From contig CAVXYC010000019.1 in assembly GCA_963765765.1 (NCBI GenBank), positions 160,001 through 224,000 of the forward strand: 64,000 bases of DNA. Direction: 5' to 3'. Positions 20,323 through 30,220 of this stretch are shown here, one piece after another (positions within the stretch are counted from its first letter, which is position 1; every line of letters starts with the position of its first letter). Position numbers and translations under genes: made by a program. The notes beneath the pieces were generated by a model. That model had not been told where the DNA came from and searched no databases. It saw only the letters and a program-made list of their open reading frames with translations. The DNA is from an uncultured Chloroflexia bacterium (GTDB lineage: Bacteria > Chloroflexota > UBA6077 > JACCZL01).

Positions 20323-21438
20323 ATGCTATTCATTGACAACCCAACGGTGGAGAAAGTTCTGAGGATGGAGGACTGCATCGATGCGATCGAGGAAGCCTTC
20401 AAGGGGCTGCTCACTCGCGAGTCGGTGCATCGCACGCGGATCGACATCTACGTTCCGTGCGATAGAGACGATGGATACTTCCGCTGGGGCACCATGGAAG
20501 GCGCCAGTAAGACGCTGGGCGTGCACGCGATCCGCATGAAGTCAGACATTGTGCACTGGCCAAAAGATGAGCAGGGCAACTGGACAGAAGAGAAATACTG
20601 TATGGAGCCCGGCACGTTTTGCGGGCTTATCTTTCTGGTGAGCACGCGCAATGGCGAGCCGCTTGCGCTCATCAACGACGGCATCCTGCAGCATATTCGG
20701 GTCGGTGCAACCGCGGGGCTCGGCGCCAAGTACCTCTCGCGCCCAGATTCGAAAGTCGTGGGTATGCTGGGGTCGGGCGGTATGGCACGGACCTATCTGA
20801 AGGCGTTCTGCACCGTTCGCCCCATTGAGAAGGTGCGTGTCTACAGCCCGACCAAGGCGAATCGGGAAGCCTACGCAGATGAGATGTCCGAGGCGCTAGG
20901 GCTTGAGATTCAGGTCGTGGATAACCCGCAGGACGCAGTGCGAAGCGCGGACATCGTCTCAGCTGCTACCGACGCTATGACGCCGGTTGTGCTCGGCGAG
21001 TGGCTAGAGCCGGGCATGCACGTCACAAACCTTGGAAACTACGAGCTCGATGACGCCGTGTTCAGTCGCGGCGACATGGTGATCAAGGGCGGCCTCTCAG
21101 GCCTGATTCCGAACGATCCGGCTCAGCGTGTGGAGATCGGGCGTGGGCACAGTCCCGTCGCGTACATCGCGGGAACCGATGAAGAGGTCAATCGCTTGCC
21201 TCCAGCTCGCGCGAACGCCCAGCATTTCAATCAGGGCGCGTTCCCCTCATTCATCGATCTGGCAAGTGGAGCGCATCCCGGCCGCACCTCGGATGACCAA
21301 ATATCCGTGTACTTGAACGGCGGTAACCAGGGTCTGCAATTTGCCGCCGCAAGCTCAATTACCTATCAGCGCGCCAAGGAGCAGGGCCTCGGTCGCGTTC
21401 TACCGACGGAGTGGTTTCTGCAGGATATTCGCGACTAG
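20323..21438 (+). CDS. Ornithine cyclodeaminase/mu-crystallin family protein
   Basis: NGEPLALINDG..RVGATAGLGAKYLSR, GSGGMAR, WLEPGMHV. Confidence 0.9.
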   Translation: MLFIDNPTVEKVLRMEDCIDAIEEAFKGLLTRESVHRTRIDIYVPCDRDDGYFRWGTMEGASKTLGVHAIRMKSDIVHWPKDEQGNWTEEKYCMEPGTFCGLIFLVSTRNGEPLALINDGILQHIRVGATAGLGAKYLSRPDSKVVGMLGSGGMARTYLKAFCTVRPIEKVRVYSPTKANREAYADEMSEALGLEIQVVDNPQDAVRSADIVSAATDAMTPVVLGEWLEPGMHVTNLGNYELDDAVFSRGDMVIKGGLSGLIPNDPAQRVEIGRGHSPVAYIAGTDEEVNRLPPARANAQHFNQGAFPSFIDLASGAHPGRTSDDQISVYLNGGNQGLQFAAASSITYQRAKEQGLGRVLPTEWFLQDIRD

Positions 21439-21515
21439 GGGGCGTCCGGACTCCCGCGCCCCTAGCTGGGCAGCCAGCCTGGGCCACGATCGTTGCCCGT
21501 GGTCCGCACTCCTTT

Positions 21516-21596
21516 ATCCTGAGTCGCAGCGAAGGATCTTCGGGCCGGTTTCCTGAATGCCAATGGGGAAGACCCTTCGCTGCGACTCAGGATGAC
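21516..21596. repeat. REP-like inverted repeat, family A (GTCATCCTGAG..CGAAGGATCT)
   Basis: atcctgagtcgcagcgaagg ... ccttcgctgcgactcaggatgac, between convergent genes. Confidence 0.85.
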
Positions 21597-21698
21597 GGGG
21601 AAGCAGTGGTGCGCTTGACACCCTGTCGCGTCGGCGCAGCGTAGATCTCAGAGCCACTAGGACACCGGCACCAGGTGAGCGTGGCCTGTGAATCCTGA

Positions 21699-22832
21699 CT
21701 AGCTCGCCTCCGTAACGAATCGTATGCAGTTGATCGGCGGCAGGTAGGTGGACAGGCAGCGCCAGGTATCGCCCTGGTTTTCAGAGATCCAGGCTGATCC
21801 CGTCGTTGACCCGAAGGCAAGGCGCTCGCCCGTCTCGTCAACGGCCATCCCGTGGCGATAGATGAGATCGTACGCGTGCTCCTGCGGTAGTCCCTCGCGC
21901 AAGACGTCAAAGGTCTTGCCGCCGTCGCGCGTGCGTGTGACGACGAGCTCGCCGTTCACCGGTACGCGGAGCTCATCCTTTACAGCGGGTACGAACCACG
22001 CCGTCTCTGGGTCCAACGGATGAACGGCAACTGCGAAGCCGAACACGGACGGCGAGACGTTCTTCACATCTTCCCATGATCGGGCGCCGTCAGAGGACCG
22101 AAAGATGCCATTGTGATGCTGCGCCCAGAGGGTGTCCGGAGCCGCCTGACAGCGGACGATGTGATGTGGGTCCTGGACGTTCTGGTCGCCGGCCTGGTCA
22201 GGCGGCATGTAGGCCGCCCACATGCCTTTTGCACGAAGCTCCCAGGTTCGCGCGCCATCCGAAGTGTGCCAGACTCCGCCGCATGAGATACCAATGGTCA
22301 TCTGCTTGCTATCGCTCGGGTGGACACAGACGGAATGGAGCGCCGTAAGGTCGGTGCCGCCGCCGAACCAGCCCTCGCGCTCGGGGCGGTCCCACAGGCT
22401 CTGTGCCAGCGTCCACGAAGTGCCTCGGTCGTCAGAGCGGAACAGTGCGGCCGGAGCCGTGCCGGCCCAGATTGTCCCCGGCTCATCGGTCCCTCCGGTC
22501 TCCAACGACCAGATCTCGTGAACTGAGTCGCCATTCGCTTCGGCTGCGGACTCCTCGCCAGGTGGGATCGGAGGTTGCTGGTTCGGGAAAGCCGGAGCGG
22601 TGCATTCATCCCACGTCTCACCACCGTCGCTTGATCGATGCAGTTTGACGCCGAAATGCCCGAGGGCAACGGCGGCGTAAAGTGAGCCGTCGCGTGGATC
22701 GTGGAGCGCGACCGAGATCGGGTCCCCAATAAAAGACGCGCGGGTGATCTTCCAGTCGCCCTGCGAAGTTTTTTTGTCTCTCTCGACAGTAAAGAGACCC
22801 TTCTTGGTCCCGATCAGTAACCGACTACTCAC
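21699..22832 (-). CDS. BNR/Asp-box beta-propeller protein (sialidase-like fold)
   Basis: Repeated Asp boxes SSDGGETW, SDDRGTSW, TSDGARTW, SSDGARSW, TRDGGKTF, SENQGDTW; no signal peptide. Confidence 0.9.
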   Translation of the reverse strand: MSSRLLIGTKKGLFTVERDKKTSQGDWKITRASFIGDPISVALHDPRDGSLYAAVALGHFGVKLHRSSDGGETWDECTAPAFPNQQPPIPPGEESAAEANGDSVHEIWSLETGGTDEPGTIWAGTAPAALFRSDDRGTSWTLAQSLWDRPEREGWFGGGTDLTALHSVCVHPSDSKQMTIGISCGGVWHTSDGARTWELRAKGMWAAYMPPDQAGDQNVQDPHHIVRCQAAPDTLWAQHHNGIFRSSDGARSWEDVKNVSPSVFGFAVAVHPLDPETAWFVPAVKDELRVPVNGELVVTRTRDGGKTFDVLREGLPQEHAYDLIYRHGMAVDETGERLAFGSTTGSAWISENQGDTWRCLSTYLPPINCIRFVTEAS

Positions 22833-22870
22833 GGGCGTAACTCCAGGTTAAAGGCTTGATGAACGCGGGC

Positions 22871-23140
22871 TCAACCGCCGGAAAGAGCTTGCATGACGTA
22901 AATCTCATCGTCCGGTTCCACCGCGTCGCTGAGCGTCACCGGGTCCTTTATTCGCTGCCCGGAGACGAAGATGACAACGTGATGTCTGACGCGCGACTGA
23001 TCGTCGAGGATGTAGCTCCGTAGGCGCGGGTTTTCGGCAAACACCTGCTCGAGCGCCTCGCGGACGGAAGCCGCCGGTGTGTTCACCGGAGGCGCGGAGA
23101 CGTGCCGCTGGAGATTGGAAGTGAAGATCACGCGCGCCAT
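22871..23140 (-). CDS. MoaD/ThiS family ubiquitin-like protein
   Basis: 89 aa, beta-grasp pattern, ends ALSGG. Confidence 0.92.
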   Translation of the reverse strand: MARVIFTSNLQRHVSAPPVNTPAASVREALEQVFAENPRLRSYILDDQSRVRHHVVIFVSGQRIKDPVTLSDAVEPDDEIYVMQALSGG

Positions 23141-23312
23141 GATCCATCCTCGCGCATAGACTCGACGCCGCTGGTGATGATCGGATGGCGCCGCGTCGCT
23201 TCGATTATAGGCCTGGCTCTGCAAGTCGGCCGGTCACAGTTTCGGTACACTTTGCTTGCATAGCTGCCGGCTGGCTCGGCTCCATGCGATGCACTCGGGA
23301 GGCACGAGAACT

Positions 23313-24065
23313 GTGACGGTCGCGACGCGCGTTGGGCTCATCGTCCCAAGCTCGAACACAACCATGGAGACCGAGATTCCGGCTATGCTGCATCGGCGCG
23401 CCGAATGCTCGGATGAGCGTTACACGTTCCATTCAAGCCGTATGCGGATGAAGCAGGTCACCAAAGAAGAGCTTGCTCGGATGGACGCGGAGAGCGATCG
23501 TTGCGCGGCTGAGCTGGCGGACGCGCGTTGCGACGTGCTGGCGTATGCTTGCCTGGTGGCAATCATGGCGCAGGGCGCCGGTTATCACTGCCAGTCGCAG
23601 GATCGGCTCAGCGCGGTGGTCAAGGAGAACGGTGCTGATGCTTCCGTGGTAACCAGCGCGGGGGCGCTGCTCGCAGGCATCCATGCTCTCGGGGCAAAGA
23701 AAGTCGCCGTTGTCGCGCCGTACATGAAGCCGCTAACACAGCTCGTGGTCGGCTACATCGAGGCCGATAATATCGAGGTCGTGGACGTTATCAGCCTCGA
23801 AGTCCCAGACAATCTCGCGGTCGGCCGGCTCGATCCTTCGAAACTGCCCGAGATCGCGTCGCGCCTCGATATCAGCAATGCCGACGCTGTCGTGCTTTCG
23901 GCGTGCGTCCAGATGCCATCGTTGCCTGCCATTCAGATAACAGAGGACAAGCTCGATCGTCCGGTCCTCTCCGCCGGTACAGCCACGGTGTACGAGCTCT
24001 TGAGAACGCTCGGTCGGTCGCCGGCGGTGAAGGATGCCGGGCACTTGCTAAGCGGAGCGGTCTAG
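23313..24065 (+). CDS. maiA: Maleate cis-trans isomerase
   Basis: RVGLIVPSSNTTMETEIPAML, two catalytic Cys in AYACLVAIM and LSACVQMPS; RBS GGAGG before GTG. Confidence 0.88.
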   Translation: MTVATRVGLIVPSSNTTMETEIPAMLHRRAECSDERYTFHSSRMRMKQVTKEELARMDAESDRCAAELADARCDVLAYACLVAIMAQGAGYHCQSQDRLSAVVKENGADASVVTSAGALLAGIHALGAKKVAVVAPYMKPLTQLVVGYIEADNIEVVDVISLEVPDNLAVGRLDPSKLPEIASRLDISNADAVVLSACVQMPSLPAIQITEDKLDRPVLSAGTATVYELLRTLGRSPAVKDAGHLLSGAV

Positions 24066-24076
24066 TACAACATTCG

Positions 24077-24196
24077 GTGGTGGCGGGCATCTTGCCCGCC
24101 GGTCTTGGCCCGAAGACCGTCCTACATTTCGTAGCCGCGGCATCGTGAACGAGCGCCGCGAGAAACCGAGAGGTCGGGCAAGATGCCCGACACTAC
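24077..24196. repeat. Pair of inverted REP-like hairpins (CGGGCATCTTGCCCG)
   Basis: gtggtggcgggcatcttgcccgcc and ggtcgggcaagatgcccgacactac between convergent genes. Confidence 0.75.
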
Positions 24197-24206
24197 TGAG
24201 GCCTGA

Positions 24207-24473
24207 CTACAGCTCAGCGAACCAGATAGACGGTTCGCTGGATACGCCGCTCGGCGACTTCGCTTCCCTTAGATGCCGGGGACTGACAAACCGCTCGGCG
24301 GCGGCCAGGGTCTCAAAATCATGCGTCACTGTGACTTCATGCTCGTCTTCTGCATTCCTGAAGACGTTGTCATTTACCACACCCATGGCGCGGCGCTCCG
24401 CATCAAAAGTGTCGTACTGACTTCTCCAGACCGAATAGTCCGCCACCTCGTGGCGCAGGAACACGCGCACCAT
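24207..24473 (-). CDS. Small dimeric alpha/beta barrel ('cyclase'-like) protein
   Basis: VFLRHEVADYSVWRSQYDTFD...VTVTHDFETLAAAERF...PSIWF. Confidence 0.75.
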   Translation of the reverse strand: MVRVFLRHEVADYSVWRSQYDTFDAERRAMGVVNDNVFRNAEDEHEVTVTHDFETLAAAERFVSPRHLREAKSPSGVSSEPSIWFAEL

Positions 24474-24598
24474 TTGCGACTCCAGCGCGCAGACTCATTA
24501 TGCTGGCGCTCGACCACCGATCTCGTCGGGCTGCCTTCATTCTGACATCCCCGGCGGATCTCTGCCATGGTCCACGGCTCTAATGCGCATGGATTTGA

Positions 24599-25138
24599 CT
24601 ATCTCCTATCGATCTGTGAGAGCAACGTGACCAGGTCGTCAGCGTGCTCTTCCTCGACCGCCAGAATCTGCTCCAGCAACCGGCGGGTCGTCGGATCCCC
24701 TTCCCCGATGAACCGAGCCATCTCACTATAGGACTCGATGGCGATGCGCTCGGCCACCGCGTCCTCGCGGATCATCTCGGACAGTGTGGACCCTTCTACG
24801 TACTCCGCGTGACTGCGGGTAGAAAGTCCCTCGGGAGAGAAATTCGGCTCGCCGCCGAGCTGGACGATCCGAGCCGCGAGCTGATCGGCGTGGCCTTGCT
24901 CATCAGTGGCATGCTGCTGAAATTCTGCCGCCGCCGCGGGGGCGTTGATTCCCGATGCCATGTAGAAGTGCCGTTTGTAGCGCAGGACGCATACTAGCTC
25001 GGTCGCTAGCGCCTCGTTCAAGAGCCGGATCACTGTGTCGAGATCGGATCCGTAGCTGGCGGTGACCGCACCTTTCTCAATGTGCTCACGAGCACGTGCG
25101 CGGAGTGTCTGGATATCCGTAAGAAACTCACCACTCAT
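24599..25138 (-). CDS. Bacterioferritin-like ferritin-fold protein
   Basis: LNEALATELVCVLRYKRH, EQGHAD, AERIAIESY, EEEHADD di-iron motifs. Confidence 0.9.
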   Translation of the reverse strand: MSGEFLTDIQTLRARAREHIEKGAVTASYGSDLDTVIRLLNEALATELVCVLRYKRHFYMASGINAPAAAAEFQQHATDEQGHADQLAARIVQLGGEPNFSPEGLSTRSHAEYVEGSTLSEMIREDAVAERIAIESYSEMARFIGEGDPTTRRLLEQILAVEEEHADDLVTLLSQIDRR

Positions 25139-25461
25139 GACAGTCTCCTTATGCTTCCTTGAATTTCGACAGTGGCCCTGCGATGACGGTGAATGTCAAC
25201 CGTCGTTGAATGCGCATTGATGTCGCAGTGACCGTCATAATGCTGCTAGCCACACGCAATTGAAGTGCCGAAGTGAGTAGTCGGGACACTTATAGGTCGA
25301 CCGGATTGAGAGGAGTTGGTGATCGGCTCCTCGGAAGCCTATATTCCGGTCCTGATTTTGTTTCACGATAATGAACAAAATCTACCATTCGAGGGTCGTG
25401 GTCTTTGCATGAGCTGCGGGGCGGATGCCCGCTCCTCGGCGTATTAGAAGAAAGGATTAAC

Positions 25462-26295
25462 GTGAACCGTCATGCTCTAAGGGTCATCGCCTTTGTCCTC
25501 GTGGCCGTCACGGTATCCCACTGGGCGTCGCCGCCGGTGAGCGCTGCCCCACTTGCCGATGATTGCCAGCCGACTTCGCGTATTTGGGAGCCCACGCCTG
25601 GGCGAGCAATCACAGTTGATCGCGGTCTTCCAAGCTGTAATACGGTTTCACTCACCTTTGACGCGGGCGCCGATCGCGGCTACGCTGAGCAGATCCTCGA
25701 CATTCTGCGTGACACAGGCGTGAAAGCCTCCTTTGGCATGACCGGGCTCTGGGCCCAGCAGAATTCGGATCTCATCGTCCGCATGGCAAACGAGGGACAT
25801 GAATTCATCAATCACAGTTGGCGACATGGCTCGTTCACCGGTTTTTCCACGAATAGTCGCCCGCTCAGCGTGGACGTTCGTGCGTCTGAGCTAGAACGAA
25901 CGGAGGAACTCATCAAATCCCTGACGGGACGCTCAACGCTGCCCATGTTCCGCCCACCCTATGGGGACTACAACGATGGGGTGCTCAGGGACGTTTCCGA
26001 TCAGGGCTACGACTACAGCATCATGTGGACGGTAGACTCGCGTGGTTGGATGCATTATCCGGCCAGTCGGATCGTCGACCTCTGCCTGAACGCGGCCCAA
26101 CCGGGCGCTATCTACCTTTTCCATGTCGGAATAGAGTCGGAGGATGCCTTCGCGCTTTCCCCCATCATCGAAGGGCTGCGGGACCGGGGCCTGCGAGCGG
26201 TGATGATGTCTGAAATGCTTGGGCTCAAGCCGCAAGTGCAAACTCCCGCGCCGGTAGACCCTGTGCCCGCCGAAGACGCGCAACCAGCGTCCTAG
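25462..26295 (+). CDS. Secreted polysaccharide deacetylase (CE4/NodB)
   Basis: Signal peptide, LTFDAG, NHSWRH, FRPPYG, WTVDSRGW, IYLFH. Confidence 0.9.
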   Translation: MNRHALRVIAFVLVAVTVSHWASPPVSAAPLADDCQPTSRIWEPTPGRAITVDRGLPSCNTVSLTFDAGADRGYAEQILDILRDTGVKASFGMTGLWAQQNSDLIVRMANEGHEFINHSWRHGSFTGFSTNSRPLSVDVRASELERTEELIKSLTGRSTLPMFRPPYGDYNDGVLRDVSDQGYDYSIMWTVDSRGWMHYPASRIVDLCLNAAQPGAIYLFHVGIESEDAFALSPIIEGLRDRGLRAVMMSEMLGLKPQVQTPAPVDPVPAEDAQPAS

Positions 26296-26391
26296 TACCT
26301 TGTCAGCCCTGATCTGACGAGTTCGCGTGCGGTGTGCGGCTGTGACCCGGATCACAGCAGTCACCGCCTGGGCATCTATACTGGGGGCAGC

Positions 26392-27407
26392 ATGCGCATC
26401 GCGGTGGGCTTCGGACGACGCTCTCTGCTCCGGGCTGGCCTGGCCATGGCCGGGCTTGGTCTACTCTCAGGCTGCGGAGTGATTTCGATCCCGTCGCGGG
26501 GATCCACCCGAGTCCGCCGGATCGGAATCCTCTGCCCGGGCCGCGTGATGACGTGGCGACGATGATGATCGCGCCACTCCTGGATGGCCTGCGCGAGCTG
26601 GGATATGCCGAGGGCCGCGATGTCGCCATCGAGGACCGTTTGAGCGACCGTGGCGACCAGTTCCCCGATCTCGCGGCCGAGCTGGTCAGCGTCGGGGTCG
26701 ACGTTATCGTCACGCGCGGGATTTCGCCGGCAATCGCCGCCAAGGAAGCCACGGCGACGATCCCCATCGTCGCCGCCGCGCTCGGGGACCCGATCGGGGG
26801 TGGGGTGGTCACCAGTCTGCAGCGGCCAGAGGGGAACGTGACGGGCCTGAGTACCCTGAGTACCGGGATCGTGGCGAAGCGGCTGCAGCTCCTCAAGGAG
26901 ATCGCCCCTTCGACGACTCGCGTGGGCGTCCTGACGACGAACCCCGAGAGCCGAAGCGCGGCATCACGGTTGGCGGAGCTCGATGCGGCCCAGCCGCTGA
27001 ACATCCGGGTCCACGTGCTGGCAGTGCGGACGCCTGACGATCACCGGTGCCTTCGCCACAGCCATCGGCGAGCATGTCGATGCGCTGCTGGTGCCATCCG
27101 GCGCATTGACGCTCAACTACCGGTCCTCGTGGTGGAGTTGGCTGCGCACCACAGGCTACCGGCGTTCTACGAGCACCGCGAGTTCGCGGACATCGGTGGC
27201 CTCGTGAGCTACGGGCCGAACTTACCGGCGCTGTACCGTCGCGCCGCGAGCTACGTCGACAAGATCTTCAAAGGGGCCAGGCCTGCCGATCTGCCGATTG
27301 AGCAGCCGGTGACCTTCGACTTCATCGTCAACGTTGCGACCGCTCGGACGCTCGGGCTGACCGTTCCGCAGCCGGCCCTCATCCAGGCAACCGAGATCAT
27401 CGAGTAA
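26392..27407 (+). CDS. Orphan ABC substrate-binding lipoprotein (putative Trp/Tyr-type ABC_sub_bind family); several frameshifts
   Basis: Tat-like GRRSLL + LSGC, RIGIL, GLRELGYAEG, NVTG, SYGPNL..RRAASYVDKIFKGARPADLPIEQP. Confidence 0.85.
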
Positions 27408-27678
27408 ATGGGTCCGCACGAGCACCCCCGGCACTCCGTCTTGCGCAACCCGTCAATCGACGGCTGACGGGGTACTAGGCAAACAATTCGACGAGCCGTG
27501 CAAACCGCCCAGGTGACTCTGGCGCCGCGGTCCAACTACCTCGCTCGTGACATAACTAAAAGATTGCCGCCGCCCGAACTGAATTGGATGGCGATGTGCT
27601 TGCCCAGCCCTATCGAGGACCTTATGATGGCTATGTTGACGTAAGCGCGACATGCGCCTTGACCCCGGCTAACCATTA

Positions 27679-28074
27679 TTGGAAGTAATGATTTCGCGGT
27701 TCAGCTCCAGGCCGTTTCTGCAATTGCGCGGAATTAATGCGGTCCTTCTGGTAATTCTGGCGATGTCCGCGTTTCTGTGTCTTTCACCGCTCGTTGGACG
27801 AGCACTGGACTTTGATGCTCACTGCGTGGTGATGGGGGAGCCGATTGCATTCGTCGGCACAGGCGAGGCGGAGCAGGACCTGGCACTGTCCGATTCAGCA
27901 CGCGCTTTCCAGATCATCGCTCCGTCCAGTGTAACTGTCATTCTTGTGGTCATTCAGGTTCTCGCTTGGCGAAAGTCCGTTGGTCGAGAACGGGGCTCTG
28001 GTTGGAGAATGCTCGTCTTGCAACCGCCGCCCGGCCGGCATTCACGTCCCATTCTCACGGCCTTCCGCAACTGA
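27679..28074 (+). CDS. Hypothetical membrane protein, possible leader/regulatory ORF
   Basis: N-terminal hydrophobic segment, C-terminal QPPPGRHSRPILTAFRN; same strand as downstream antiporter. Confidence 0.45.
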   Translation: MEVMISRFSSRPFLQLRGINAVLLVILAMSAFLCLSPLVGRALDFDAHCVVMGEPIAFVGTGEAEQDLALSDSARAFQIIAPSSVTVILVVIQVLAWRKSVGRERGSGWRMLVLQPPPGRHSRPILTAFRN

Positions 28075-28361
28075 GTGTCTCGCGGCGCCTCGACGGTGGT
28101 CGAGCGCGTTGTCGATTCGGCTGAGCGGAGCCGCCTACTCGCTGATTCGCTCAGTTGTTGAGAGGCAACAAGGTTCGATCCGCGCAGCACCCATTGGAGG
28201 TGGCCCGTGCGCGAACGGCTCTGAGTGACCATCGGTCGCATGAGGGATCGCGCCGTCGGCCAGCAGTGCCTTTATTTCTCCGCCACTCTGGTGACGTCAG
28301 CTACGCACAGAGTGTTCGTTGTTCGACTCAACCATGAAGATTGGTATTCCACCGGGGGTAC

Positions 28362-30104
28362 ATGATCCAAACCGATGGATTGATCATCACGATAGCTGTT
28401 GGGCTTGCTGCTGCATTTGCCGGTGGGTTCATCGCGACGCGCCTCAAGTTATCGCCTATCGTCGGCTACCTCTTGAGTGGCGTTTTTCTCGGTCCGTTTA
28501 CCCCGGGATTTGTCGCCAACAAAGAGATTGCACACGAGCTAGCCGAGATCGGCGTCATTCTTCTCATGTTCGGCGTTGGCATTCACTTTTCGCTGCGCGA
28601 TCTGATGAGCGTCCGAGCTGTCGCAATACCGGGAGCCATCGTTCAGATCGCGGTAACGACGCTGCTGGGCATCGGCGCTGCGTTAGCCTGGGGCTGGGGC
28701 ATTGGGAACGGACTGGTGCTCGGTCTGGCTCTGTCGATTGCGAGCACCGTGGTCCTTCTGCGATCGCTGGGTGAGGCGCAGCTTCTAGCGTCCGCTACCG
28801 GTCGTGTGGCGATCGGCTGGCTCATCGTCCAGGATCTGATCACCGTATTGGTGCTGGTGCTTTTGCCGGGGATTGCCCCCCTCCTGGGTGGAAGCGCACC
28901 CGCGAGTGGCGATCAGCCGTTGATCGCGATCGGAATTGCCCTCGTCAAAGTGGTGATTCTAGGCGTCCTCATGCTCGTTGTGGGGGCACGCGTCATCCCC
29001 CTCCTACTCGTCCAGGTGATCAGGACCGGATCACGAGAGCTATTCACACTGGCCGTTCTGGCCATTGCGCTGGGCATTGCGGTGTTCTCAGCCACGGTGT
29101 TTGGAGTCTCACTGGCACTGGGCGCATTTCTGGCCGGCGTGGTGGTGGCTGAGTCTGATCTGAGCCATCAAGCGGCCGCGGACGCTCTACCGCTACGCGA
29201 TGCATTCGCCGTGCTCTTCTTCGTTTCGGTCGGCATGCTTTTCGATCCATCGTTCCTGCTGGCAGAACCGCTAAAGATCGTCAGCGCTCTGGTGCTGGTT
29301 GCACTTGGAAATGGGCTGACGTCGTTCGTTTTGGTGACCGTGTTGGGATACCCGTTGCGGACTGCGCTGACAGTGGGATTGGGCCTGGTGCAGATCGGAG
29401 AGTTCTCATTCATTCTGGCTGAGCTGGGTCGCAACCTTGGGCTGTTTTCCGACGCTGGCTACAATCTGATTCTCGCTACATCCATTCTCTCCATCACACT
29501 GAACCCGGGGATCTTTGGATTGATCCAGCCCGCGGAGCGCTTCATACGCGGGCGTCCGCGGCTCGTCAAACTGCTGGACCGACGCTCTGACAAACTAACC
29601 GTCCTGGACGATTCGGAGCATCCACCACTGCGTGGGCACGCGGTTCTCTGCGGTTATGGGCGCGTGGGTCGAATCGTGGCAGACGCTCTCGATCGACGGA
29701 ATTTCAGCTACGTCATCATCGAGCAGGACTATCGCAGGGTGGAGGACCTTCGCGAGCGCGGCATCCCGACTCTTGCTGGGGATTGCGCCAACCCGGTCCT
29801 GCTGGAGCACGCCGGAGTTGCCCAGGCGCGCGTACTGGTGATTGCGTTCGATGACCTGGCGGTAACGCGCATGGTGGTGGATGAGGCGCGGCGGCTCAAT
29901 CCAAGAATCGTCATTGTGGCACGCGCTCATGGCCGAAACGAATGGCTGCACTTGCGCGAGCATGGGGTGGACGATGTCGTGTTGGGCGAGCTGGAGCTTG
30001 CCACAGAGATGGTCCGTTTCACATTGCATCGATTTGGCGTGGGCGGCCCGGAGCTGAATGCTGCGATTCAGGGCCTGCGTCGGCGCGGCGTGGAGTCGGA
30101 ATGA
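28362..30104 (+). CDS. ybaL: CPA2 family cation:proton antiporter with TrkA-N domain (YbaL/RosB-like)
   Basis: LAEIGVILLMFGVGIHFS, STVVLLR, ALPLRDAFAVLFFVSVGMLFDP, QIGEFSF, GHAVLCGYGRVG. Confidence 0.92.
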   Translation: MIQTDGLIITIAVGLAAAFAGGFIATRLKLSPIVGYLLSGVFLGPFTPGFVANKEIAHELAEIGVILLMFGVGIHFSLRDLMSVRAVAIPGAIVQIAVTTLLGIGAALAWGWGIGNGLVLGLALSIASTVVLLRSLGEAQLLASATGRVAIGWLIVQDLITVLVLVLLPGIAPLLGGSAPASGDQPLIAIGIALVKVVILGVLMLVVGARVIPLLLVQVIRTGSRELFTLAVLAIALGIAVFSATVFGVSLALGAFLAGVVVAESDLSHQAAADALPLRDAFAVLFFVSVGMLFDPSFLLAEPLKIVSALVLVALGNGLTSFVLVTVLGYPLRTALTVGLGLVQIGEFSFILAELGRNLGLFSDAGYNLILATSILSITLNPGIFGLIQPAERFIRGRPRLVKLLDRRSDKLTVLDDSEHPPLRGHAVLCGYGRVGRIVADALDRRNFSYVIIEQDYRRVEDLRERGIPTLAGDCANPVLLEHAGVAQARVLVIAFDDLAVTRMVVDEARRLNPRIVIVARAHGRNEWLHLREHGVDDVVLGELELATEMVRFTLHRFGVGGPELNAAIQGLRRRGVESE

Positions 30105-30220
30105 TGATGCCAGCGTCCGGACGGATCAACTCCAGAGTGAGTGCTGAGCTGGTGCGCTCGACCGGGCTTCTGTTCGCGCTACGGAAAACCGGGCTCTTCT
30201 CCCGTCGAGTGTGGGAGTCA

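Noticed and set aside
22871-23140. MoaD-like gene as part of a molybdopterin, thiamine or ubiquitin-like antiphage (Bil/CBASS) operon
   Set aside because: No E1, E2, JAB, moaE or thiG genes nearby; reported only as the Ubl-propeller pair.
27470-27545. GGCAAAC / GCAAACC..GTGA hairpin resembling a c-di-GMP-I (GEMM) riboswitch
   Set aside because: The conserved GACGCAAAG junction and second hairpin are missing; an Rfam scan would be needed to support it.
28140-28225. GGTTCGATCC T-loop-like sequence suggesting a tRNA
   Set aside because: No cloverleaf, acceptor stem or CCA end can be formed.
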